Source: Patescibacteria group bacterium
GTDB taxonomy: Bacteria; Patescibacteriota; Microgenomatia; Levybacterales; GWA1-39-11
Direction: 5' to 3'
Assembly (NCBI GenBank): GCA_041478035.1
Contig: JBGOVI010000001.1
Location: 1 to 44,146, forward strand
DNA length: 44,146 bases
The notes under the pieces: generated by a model
What the model was told of the DNA's origin: nothing
What the model saw: the letters and a program-made list of their open reading frames with translations, nothing else
Database searches by the model: none
Position numbers and translations under genes: made by a program
Shown: positions 7,752 to 14,845 of the stretch, piece after piece
How positions within the stretch are numbered: position 1 is the stretch's first letter
How the letters are laid out: each line of letters begins with the position of its first letter

Positions 7752-8492
7752 TTATTTTCGTCTTTTTATAATAAACTTGTTCGAATATTTCTTTTTCGAT
7801 CTTGTTTTTCCTACTGCTTTTCGTCCTGCATATGTTTTAGGAGAGGGCATACCAATTCCTGACCTTCCTTCTCCTCCTCCATGCGGGTGAGAAGAGGGAT
7901 TCATTGCAACTCCGCGAACGGTTGGACGAACCCCCGCGTGACGAGATGCTCCTGCTTTTCCTAAAACGCGATCTTTCCACTCTGTCTTTCCAAGCTGGCC
8001 AATTGTAGCAAAGTTTGTGAGCAAAATCTTGCGTATCTCACCTGACGGCATCTTAACGTGCGCATATCCTTTCTCTTTTGCCACAATAAAGGCCTGATCT
8101 CCTGCCGAGCGCGCTACTTGCCCTCCGCGTCCATGAGTAAGTTCAACATTATGAATCGCCTGTCCAACCGGAACGTTTAAAAGCGGCATCGCATTGCCGA
8201 CTCTAACATCTGCATCAGGTCCTGCCACAACTTTGTCGTTTATTTTCAAACCCAAAGGCGCCAAAATATAGCGCTTCTCCCCATCCGCATAATGAATAAC
8301 CGCCAAATCCCCTGCGCGATTAGGATCATATTCAAATGCTACGACTTTACCCGCAACGCCAATCTTGTCGCGCTTAAAGTCAACAGACCTGTAAAAACGT
8401 TTTGAACGCCCGCCTTGGTGACGGACAACGACCTTGCCGGTCTGATCCCGCCCCGAATTCTTCCTCAATATGCTCTTTAAATGTTTTGCCAT
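7752..8492 (-). CDS. rplB: 50S ribosomal protein uL2
   Basis: I start at the ATG at 8490-8492 (MAKHLKS...), 1 nt after the rplW stop. It has a uL2 core ([25 protein letters not shown]; [12 protein letters not shown]). The 22 extra codons in the track ORF would overlap rplW. Confidence 0.9.
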   Translation of the reverse strand: MAKHLKSILRKNSGRDQTGKVVVRHQGGRSKRFYRSVDFKRDKIGVAGKVVAFEYDPNRAGDLAVIHYADGEKRYILAPLGLKINDKVVAGPDADVRVGNAMPLLNVPVGQAIHNVELTHGRGGQVARSAGDQAFIVAKEKGYAHVKMPSGEIRKILLTNFATIGQLGKTEWKDRVLGKAGASRHAGVRPTVRGVAMNPSSHPHGGGEGRSGIGMPSPKTYAGRKAVGKTRSKKKYSNKFIIKRRK

Positions 8493-8493
8493 A

Positions 8494-8829
8494 TTATTCT
8501 TTACCCTTTCCCCTAGCCTCTTTACCCTTGTCATCCGTTTTCTCTTCAAAAATGTCAATTTTTTGTCCTTCAGGAAGCCTTACGCGTGCTTTTTTATACG
8601 ATGCGTCAATTAATTTTTTGCTGTAGCGCGTGTTTCTAGTTTTTGAGCCCTTTATGTTTGCTGTATAAACTTGCAAAACGCGTACGCCGAAAAGCTTTTC
8701 AACGGCATTTTTAACGTCAGTTTTTGTTGCGTGCTTTTGCACCTGAAAAGTATATTTATTCGCGCGAGCCTCAGCAAACGACTTTTCTGAAACTATTGGC
8801 TTGACTATAATATTGGATAAATTCTTCAT
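8494..8829 (-). CDS. rplW: 50S ribosomal protein uL23 with a Lys/Glu-rich tail
   Basis: 111 aa with IVKPIVSEKS...KYTFQV. It has an ATGA overlap with rplD. Confidence 0.93.
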   Translation of the reverse strand: MKNLSNIIVKPIVSEKSFAEARANKYTFQVQKHATKTDVKNAVEKLFGVRVLQVYTANIKGSKTRNTRYSKKLIDASYKKARVRLPEGQKIDIFEEKTDDKGKEARGKGKE

Positions 8830-9560
8830 ATTTTTTTTCCGCTCCGCGGGACGAATAACTTCGCAAGATCATCAATTGCTTCTTTTGCAAAAACGAGGTG
8901 ATTGTTATTTAAAACAGTATATGTATTAAGCGATGCCGTGGGGCTAATTTCAACCGATTCTATATTTCTGCTGCCCCTTTTTGCTTCAGCGGCACTTGCA
9001 ATAAATAAAACTTTCCCCTCTCCTTCTTTATTTATCAATTCAAGCGCTTTCAACATCTTATACATTTCCTTTGTTTTACCAGACGCTCCATTTAAATCTA
9101 CTAGGCGGACTTTGTCCTCTGAAAGTTTTTGAGATAACGCACTTAATAATGCTTTTCTTCGCATCTGCTTTGACATTTTTAATTCGAATTTTCGCGGGCG
9201 CGGCCCAAATGCTATTCCTCCGCCAACAAAAATTGGAGCAGTAATTGCTCCGTGTCTTGCCCGTCCTGTACCTTTTTGTCTGTAAATTTTGCGAGTCGAA
9301 CCACGTACCTCGCCCCGAGTTTTTGTCGACGCAGTCCCCTGTCTTTGGTTTGTGAGATAAACACGCACTGCCTGTGCCATCAATTTGTCGTTTACTTTCC
9401 CACCAAAAACTTCCTTTGGCAGTGTAACCATTCCCTTCTTTATTCCGGCCAAACCATAAATCGGCACAGAAAATTTACTTTCCCGAACCAAACTTTTTCG
9501 GCTAGAGGCCGATCCGCCTTTGGCGGAAACTTTTGAATTGTCAACTTTTTTAACTGGCAT
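8826..9560 (-). CDS. rplD: 50S ribosomal protein uL4 with an N-terminal extension
   Basis: 244 aa with QRQGTASTKTRGEVRGSTRKIYRQKGTGRARHG, the uL4 signature. Confidence 0.95.
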   Translation of the reverse strand: MPVKKVDNSKVSAKGGSASSRKSLVRESKFSVPIYGLAGIKKGMVTLPKEVFGGKVNDKLMAQAVRVYLTNQRQGTASTKTRGEVRGSTRKIYRQKGTGRARHGAITAPIFVGGGIAFGPRPRKFELKMSKQMRRKALLSALSQKLSEDKVRLVDLNGASGKTKEMYKMLKALELINKEGEGKVLFIASAAEAKRGSRNIESVEISPTASLNTYTVLNNNHLVFAKEAIDDLAKLFVPRSGKKI

Positions 9561-10377
9561 TTTCCTCCTCTTTTACTTCATTTCCAGTATTTTCAGCAGG
9601 TGTTTCCGTATTTTCTATTTCGTTCGAACTTTCCTCCGATGCCGTTTCAACTGACGTCTCAGGTTTCTGAGTCTCTTCGACAATTGGTGTTTGTACCTCT
9701 GTCGTTTCTGTCTTCTGTCCTCCGTCTTCGGACCATAACGGCATAAATTTCTTATTTTTCCCAACTTTTCTGACGACCACAATCGAACCTTTTGCCCCAG
9801 GAATAAGTCCTTTGACAAAAAGCGTATCGCCGTCAATATCTAATACTTCCAAATTCTTGACCGTGACCTTCGCGTCTCCCATTCTTCCTGCCATTTTTGT
9901 ACCGCGATAAACGCGTCCCGGAGTTGTACCTGATCCGCTTGACCCACGAGCACGATGTCGGTCTGACTGTCCGTGAGTTTTTGGACCTCCGTGGAATCTA
10001 TACCTCTTAACAACTCCTGCAAATCCTTTTCCTTTTGAAGTTCCAATTACATCCACAACGTCACCCGGCTCAAAAATTTCCCCAACCGAAACTGCTGCGC
10101 CCACGACCAAATCTGAACCTTCATCTACCCTTATTTCACGAAAAAAGCGAGGCGCATTTTCTTCTAGCCCCGCTTTTTTTATGTGTCCTGCGATGGGTTT
10201 ATTAGGCTTCTTTTGTAACCCAAATCCAAGCTGGATTGAGTTATAGCCTTCGTGGTCGGAAGTTTTAACCTGCGCAACCACATTTCCACCCACGGAAATT
10301 ACTGAAAGAGGAACGCGTGTCCCGTTTTCCAAGAATCCTTGTGTCTGATCAACTTTTCTTCCAATAAGTGCTTGCAT
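9550..10377 (-). CDS. rplC: 50S ribosomal protein uL3 with a 61-aa acidic C-terminal tail
   Basis: I start at the ATG at 10375-10377 (MQALIGRKVDQTQGF...), which aligns with the uL3 N-terminus. The 14 upstream codons in the track ORF cover a terminator-like hairpin. Confidence 0.9.
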   Translation of the reverse strand: MQALIGRKVDQTQGFLENGTRVPLSVISVGGNVVAQVKTSDHEGYNSIQLGFGLQKKPNKPIAGHIKKAGLEENAPRFFREIRVDEGSDLVVGAAVSVGEIFEPGDVVDVIGTSKGKGFAGVVKRYRFHGGPKTHGQSDRHRARGSSGSGTTPGRVYRGTKMAGRMGDAKVTVKNLEVLDIDGDTLFVKGLIPGAKGSIVVVRKVGKNKKFMPLWSEDGGQKTETTEVQTPIVEETQKPETSVETASEESSNEIENTETPAENTGNEVKEEENAS

Positions 10378-10413
10378 AAAAAAAACCAAAAAAAAACGGC
10401 TCATCGAGCCGTT
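10378..10413 (-). terminator. Intrinsic-terminator-like hairpin plus U-tract in the rplC leader (candidate attenuator)
   Basis: The minus-strand RNA reads AACGGCUC-GAU-GAGCCGUU (10413-10395), an 8-bp stem with 5 G:C pairs. It is followed by U9GGU7, which runs up to the rplC AUG. Confidence 0.6.
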
Positions 10414-10486
10414 CCTCACGTCCCAGGGATTGAACTCGAATCATGTAACTAAAGACAACATCAATAGTTTGGACATGTAAGAAAAG

Positions 10487-10515
10487 ATTATACACAGTTC
10501 CGCGCTCGTTTGCAA
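10487..10515 (-). promoter_or_regulatory. Sigma-70-type promoter for the rplC operon
   Basis: Minus strand: TTGCAA (10515-10510), 17-nt spacer, TATAAT (10492-10487). Confidence 0.6.
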
Positions 10516-10548
10516 GGCTGAACTGCAACATGTAAATTGTTCAATATT

Positions 10549-10557
10549 TGCTATAAT
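10549..10557 (+). promoter_or_regulatory. Extended -10 box TGCTATAAT ending 7 nt before the cdf ATG (leaderless-type)
   Basis: Direct reading. The ATG is at 10565. Confidence 0.55.
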
Positions 10558-10564
10558 AATCTTC

Positions 10565-11503
10565 ATGGAAGATTTAGGAAGCCCACAGAAAAAGACTACT
10601 CTACCTTCGGTCCGAAGAGTTGTTCTTACTTCTTTCTTGGTAGACATTTCAGATATTCTATTAAGCCTCGTAGTTGCAATTCTCTCGGGAAGCGTCGTCA
10701 TGCTTTCGCAAGTTCTTGAGGGCGTTTCTGATTTTGTAGCATCAGGAGCTTTAGTATTTGGGTCTGTGCGCGCTGAGACACGAGCAAACAAAAAATTCCC
10801 TTTTGGGTACGGCAAAGAGCTTTATTTCTGGGCGTTTATTTCAGCCGTTGTCATACTTTGCGTCACGGCAACCTTATCAATCTATTTTGGATGGGATCGC
10901 TTTTTGCATCCTCGGCAGCTCAAGGATTTAAATCTGGCGTACGCCGTACTACTATTTACTGCCGGAACAAATGCCTACTCTTTCTTCTTAAGCTACAAGA
11001 GGCTGCTTGGGAAAACCCACACCAAAAACATGGTTACTGCATTTTTGCGGTCATCGCTTATAGAAACCAAAACCACCTTTGTTCTTGATTTAGTAGGCAC
11101 CATAGCATCACTTATTGGATTTTTTGCGCTTCTTATTTATCAACTAACCGGAGACCATAGATTTGATGGACTAGGAGCAATATCTGTCGGATTAATTCTT
11201 ATCGTTCTTGGCGTACTTTTGATTCTTGGAATCCGTGATCTTTTGATTGGCAAAAGCGCGTCCTCTGAAACGCTAAGCAAAATCAGAGAGATTTCAAAAA
11301 CGATTCCCGAGGTCCGCGAGGTTCTCGATGTAAAAACAATGCACATAGGATCCGAACGCCTTCTCGTCAACATGGACATTACTATGAAGCGCGGGCTCAC
11401 GACTCATGAAATTGCAAGATTAATCGACGATATAAAGGAAAAAATTAAGGCCGAAATCCCGACAGTCAAACACATCCAAATCGAGCTGGAATTACCATCC
11501 TAG
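10565..11503 (+). CDS. cation diffusion facilitator family metal efflux transporter
   Basis: 312 aa with six predicted TM helices and an FPFGYGK motif after TM2. The C-terminal cytoplasmic domain reads VREVLDVKTMHIGSERLLVNMDI. Confidence 0.8.
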   Translation: MEDLGSPQKKTTLPSVRRVVLTSFLVDISDILLSLVVAILSGSVVMLSQVLEGVSDFVASGALVFGSVRAETRANKKFPFGYGKELYFWAFISAVVILCVTATLSIYFGWDRFLHPRQLKDLNLAYAVLLFTAGTNAYSFFLSYKRLLGKTHTKNMVTAFLRSSLIETKTTFVLDLVGTIASLIGFFALLIYQLTGDHRFDGLGAISVGLILIVLGVLLILGIRDLLIGKSASSETLSKIREISKTIPEVREVLDVKTMHIGSERLLVNMDITMKRGLTTHEIARLIDDIKEKIKAEIPTVKHIQIELELPS

Positions 11504-12472
11504 CTATTTTGGAGCATAGACTGCCGAGCGCGTTATCCCCAATTTTCGAATTAAACCTTTGCGAACCAAATCCTGTAAGTCGTTATGAAGCGAACGCGTG
11601 GAAATTGCTAGAAAGCGCCTTCTGACCTGATCGAATGTCACAGTTTGATGTTCGCGAATGATTGCGAGTATTTCCGCTCGTCTTGGAAGAAGAAAATCCT
11701 CGATCTTTTCTTCTTTTTGCGCTTGAATATCTAAAATGATTTTTTCGGAACTCGAGGCAACAGCTTCTAAAATAAATTCGACAAACTCTGCTATGTCTTT
11801 CTTTTGAATTGATAAAACCGAATAGTAATCTGAACGATTTTTTTCGATATATTCCTCAAATGATGAAAACCAAATAAATTCATATCCGAGCCGCGCAAGA
11901 TGCCAACTTAAAAGAATGCGGCCGACGCGGCCATTTCCATCTAAAAAGGGGTGTATTTTTTCAAACGCAAAATGTGCAACAGCCGCCCTGCAAATTTCGT
12001 GTTCGCCAAGATTAATATAATTAATAAGTTCAGAAATAAGTCCACCCACATTTTGGGCCGGTGGCGCAATGTAAACTGCAATCCCGGCGCTGTTGTAAAT
12101 GGCGGATGGTTCGCTTCGGAATCTGCCTAACTCGCTTGTCAACCCATCCATCGCAATCTCATGCAATTTAAGGATCAGTTCCTTTGTGGCCTTGCTGCGA
12201 AATGAATGGGCGAATTTCATAGCTTCATAAATTTGGAAAATTTCCTTTTTTTCATCTTTGCGGACAAAATTTGATTCGATATCGCTCAACTCGAGAGGAT
12301 TTCCCTCGATTCGAGCGGAATATAAAGCGCTTCTGAGGGTCGAACGGCGAAGTAAATTTTCTTGAATTTGAGGCTGTTTTGGAAGCTTGTCGAACAAATC
12401 TCGATAGGTATTTATTTGAGTAGTTAGCGAGCTAATTTTGGGATTTTTTTGATAAAGGTAGTCTTTTACCAC
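11504..12472 (-). CDS. Fic family protein (Fido domain plus C-terminal winged-helix)
   Basis: It has the Fic active-site motif HPFLDGNGRVGR, and an N-terminal inhibitory-helix-like motif SARIEG that matches (S/T)xxxE(G/N). The C-terminal wHTH-like segment is TFDQVRRRFLAISTRSLHNDLQDLVRKGLI. The start codon is GTG. Confidence 0.88.
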   Translation of the reverse strand: MVKDYLYQKNPKISSLTTQINTYRDLFDKLPKQPQIQENLLRRSTLRSALYSARIEGNPLELSDIESNFVRKDEKKEIFQIYEAMKFAHSFRSKATKELILKLHEIAMDGLTSELGRFRSEPSAIYNSAGIAVYIAPPAQNVGGLISELINYINLGEHEICRAAVAHFAFEKIHPFLDGNGRVGRILLSWHLARLGYEFIWFSSFEEYIEKNRSDYYSVLSIQKKDIAEFVEFILEAVASSSEKIILDIQAQKEEKIEDFLLPRRAEILAIIREHQTVTFDQVRRRFLAISTRSLHNDLQDLVRKGLIRKLGITRSAVYAPK

Positions 12473-12492
12473 AGCCTACTTTAGCATAATCC

Positions 12493-12531
12493 TGCAAGAT
12501 ATTGCAAGATACTTCATAATACTGCAAGATA
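12493..12531. repeat. Three direct copies of TGCAAGATA at 10- and 20-bp spacing between rpsJ and fic
   Basis: Copies lie at 12493-12501, 12503-12511 and 12523-12531. The wider region reads as 10-mers: cctgcaagat attgcaagat acttcataat actgcaagat. Confidence 0.85.
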
Positions 12532-12843
12532 TTACATCTTAATTTCTACATCAACTCCGGCCGGAAGATCTAAGTGTATCAACGATTCGATGGTTTTTTC
12601 GGTTGGATTGAGAATGTCGATTAATCTTTTGTGAGTCTTTAGCTGAAAATGCTCGCGCGCGTCTTTATCTATGAAAGGAGCTTTATTTACCGCAAATACG
12701 GTCCTTTTTGAAGGCAGAGGAATTGGGCCCGCGATTTTCGCGCCTGTTCTTATTGCAGTATCAAGAATTTGCTGACAAGTGCTGTCAATTATCCTTGAAT
12801 CGTATGATTTTAAACGAACTCTGATTCTACCTTTCGCCGCCAT
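12532..12843 (-). CDS. rpsJ: 30S ribosomal protein uS10
   Basis: 103 aa with IRVRLKSYDSRIID...PLPSKRTVFAVNKAPFIDKDAREHFQLKTHKRLIDI. Confidence 0.95.
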   Translation of the reverse strand: MAAKGRIRVRLKSYDSRIIDSTCQQILDTAIRTGAKIAGPIPLPSKRTVFAVNKAPFIDKDAREHFQLKTHKRLIDILNPTEKTIESLIHLDLPAGVDVEIKM

Positions 12844-12854
12844 ATTAGTTTTTT

Positions 12855-12886
12855 AAAACAAAAAAAGCCTACTAAACAGTAGGCTT
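12855..12886 (-). terminator. Intrinsic terminator between tuf and rpsJ
   Basis: The minus-strand RNA reads AAGCCUACU-GUUU-AGUAGGCUU followed by UUUUUGUUUU. The stem spans 12865-12886. Confidence 0.65.
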
Positions 12887-12914
12887 ATTATAAATCTCAA
12901 ACTCGTATTGTTAA
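12887..12914 (-). promoter_or_regulatory. Candidate rpsJ promoter abutting the terminator stem
   Basis: Minus strand: TTAACA (12914-12909), 16-nt spacer, TATAAT (12892-12887). Confidence 0.5.
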
Positions 12915-12922
12915 ATTGCTTG

Positions 12923-13001
12923 TTCCCGCGAAAGCGGGAATCCAGATTAAAAATAAACTGGATCCCGGATCAAGTTCGGGATGACCAAATATTATTTGGT
13001 C
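12923..13001 (-). promoter_or_regulatory. Array of four abutting hairpins downstream of tuf (structured leader or 3' UTR)
   Basis: Stems lie at 12983-13001 (8 bp, enclosing the tuf stop), 12963-12981 (5 bp), 12941-12962 (5 bp) and 12923-12940 (7 bp, TTCCCGC/GCGGGAA). Confidence 0.45.
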
Positions 13002-14176
13002 ACTTTGATTATTACGCCTGCGCCTACTGTTTTTCCACCCTCGCGTATAGCAAATCTCATTCCCTCTTCAAGTGCAATTGGAACAATAAGTTTTGCAGAC
13101 ATTTTTGTGTTGTCACCCGGCATTACCATTTCTACACCTTCGGCTAAGATTATTTCACCAGTTACATCAGTTGTTCTGATATAAAATTGTGGGCGATATC
13201 CTTTAAAGAATGGTGTGTGGCGTCCACCCTCTTCTTTGGTTAGGACATAAACTTCTGCGTCAAATTCTGTGTGTGGGGTAATTGAGCCCGGTTTTGCAAT
13301 AACTTGTCCGCGTTCAATATCACTTTTTTCAACTCCGCGAAGAAGTAAGCCAGCATTGTCTCCGGCTTGCGCGTCATCGAGACTCTTACGGAACATTTCA
13401 ATTCCCGTAATAACCGTTGATTTTGTTGGTTTGATCCCGACAATCTCAATCGTGTCATTGACTTTTGTTATTCCGCGCTCGACGCGTCCTGTTACAACTG
13501 TTCCACGTCCTTTAATTGAAAAGACGTCTTCAACCGGCATTAAGAAAGGTTTTTCGATGTCGCGAACAGGTGTGGGAATGTATTCATCAACTTTATCCAT
13601 GAGTTCAAGAATTGCCTTCTCGGCCTCAGGATCTCCCTCTGTAGCTTTGAGAGCCGAACCCTTAACGATTGGTATATCCGCACCCGGATATTGGTATTTT
13701 GTCAAAAGTTCGCGGACTTCCATTTCAACAAGTTCGATGAGCTCCGGGTCTGAGACCATGTCAATTTTGTTAAGAAAAACTACAATTGCCGGAACGCCTA
13801 CTTGGCGGGCTAAAAGAATGTGCTCTCGAGTTTGAGGCATTGGACCATCAGCTGCTGAGACTACCAAAATTGCGCCGTCCATTTGAGCCGCACCAGTGAT
13901 CATGTTTTTGACATAATCTGCGTGTCCCGGAGCATCAATATGGGCGTAATGTCTTTTCTCTGTCTCGTATTCTTGGTGAGAAATGTTAATGGTGACTCCA
14001 CGGGCTTTTTCCTCAGGAGCATTATCAATATCTTCGTACTTTTTAGCCTCGGCGAATCCTTTTTTGGCCAAAACCATAGTAATAGCAGAGGTCAACGTGG
14101 TTTTTCCATGGTCAACATGGCCAATGGTACCAATATTTACGTGTGGTTTGTTGCGTTCGAACTTTTTATCAGCCAT
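12992..14176 (-). CDS. tuf: elongation factor Tu
   Basis: 394 aa with [15 protein letters not shown] and NKID GTPase motifs. Full-length EF-Tu. Confidence 0.98.
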   Translation of the reverse strand: MADKKFERNKPHVNIGTIGHVDHGKTTLTSAITMVLAKKGFAEAKKYEDIDNAPEEKARGVTINISHQEYETEKRHYAHIDAPGHADYVKNMITGAAQMDGAILVVSAADGPMPQTREHILLARQVGVPAIVVFLNKIDMVSDPELIELVEMEVRELLTKYQYPGADIPIVKGSALKATEGDPEAEKAILELMDKVDEYIPTPVRDIEKPFLMPVEDVFSIKGRGTVVTGRVERGITKVNDTIEIVGIKPTKSTVITGIEMFRKSLDDAQAGDNAGLLLRGVEKSDIERGQVIAKPGSITPHTEFDAEVYVLTKEEGGRHTPFFKGYRPQFYIRTTDVTGEIILAEGVEMVMPGDNTKMSAKLIVPIALEEGMRFAIREGGKTVGAGVIIKVTK

Positions 14177-14196
14177 ATGATTTTGTCAAAAATAAA

Positions 14197-14250
14197 ACAC
14201 CCCGATTTAGGTGTGTGATAGATAATACAATATTTTCGATGCTAGGTCAA
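14197..14250 (-). promoter_or_regulatory. tuf promoter plus 5'-proximal hairpin and U-rich leader
   Basis: Minus strand: TTGACC (14250-14245), 17-nt spacer, TATTAT (14227-14222). This is followed by hairpin ACACC-N8-GGUGU (14214-14197) and then UUUAUUUUUGACAAAAUCAU-AUG. Confidence 0.55.
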
Positions 14251-14299
14251 GTGGGAAATTAGGTTATTCAAACACCTACTGGACAAGGGTTTGAGTGAA

Positions 14300-14308
14300 T
14301 GTTAAACT
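14300..14308 (+). promoter_or_regulatory. Extended -10 box TGTTAAACT ending 6 nt before the pfpI-like ATG
   Basis: Direct reading. The ATG is at 14315. Confidence 0.45.
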
Positions 14309-14314
14309 TCAAGC

Positions 14315-14845
14315 ATGGCAAAGACAAAAAAGGCAATTATTTTGACTGCGGATAAATTTGAAGACATGGAGCTTTTTTATCCATGGTTTCGCCTAACAGA
14401 AGCGGGGTGGAAAGTAGACATCGCAGCACCCAAAGTTGAGGAACTAACAGGCGAAAACGGATATTCGATTGGGCCTGATTTAACAATTGACAAAGTCGAC
14501 CCTGATAAATACGATCTGTTAATCATTCCGGGAGGTTCACCTGACGGTGCTCCATCTGTTGTTCGCAAAATTAAAAAAGCGCAGGAAATCGCAAAATCTT
14601 TTTTTGCAAAAAATAAACCCGTCGCCTCAATTTGTCACGGCCCATGGCTTTTGGCTGATGCAGATGTCGTCAAAGGAAGACATTTGACATCCTACTGGCA
14701 TGACGGCGTCCCGGAAAGCGTCAAAAAAGCCGGCGGCCTTTGGGAAGATAAAGATGTTGTAGCCGATGGAAATTTAGTTACCTCACGCTACCCCATGGAC
14801 CTCCCCGCCTTCATGCGCGAAGTAATGAAGCTCATCCAAAAGTAA
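14315..14845 (+). CDS. DJ-1/PfpI family protein (type 1 glutamine amidotransferase-like)
   Basis: 176 aa with the nucleophile-elbow motif ASICHGPWLL, LIIPGG, and family-typical length. Confidence 0.85.
   Translation: MAKTKKAIILTADKFEDMELFYPWFRLTEAGWKVDIAAPKVEELTGENGYSIGPDLTIDKVDPDKYDLLIIPGGSPDGAPSVVRKIKKAQEIAKSFFAKNKPVASICHGPWLLADADVVKGRHLTSYWHDGVPESVKKAGGLWEDKDVVADGNLVTSRYPMDLPAFMREVMKLIQK

Noticed and set aside
10414-10475. A tRNA-like segment in the rplC leader. On the minus strand, GUUCAAUCCCUGG resembles a T-loop plus 3' T-stem, and CAUGUCC...GGACGUG could form an acceptor-like stem.
   Set aside because: The candidate is only about 60 nt. The 5' T-stem does not pair properly, and no D-arm or anticodon arm can be drawn. 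At best it is a decayed tRNA 3' fragment, which I cannot substantiate without a tRNA scan.
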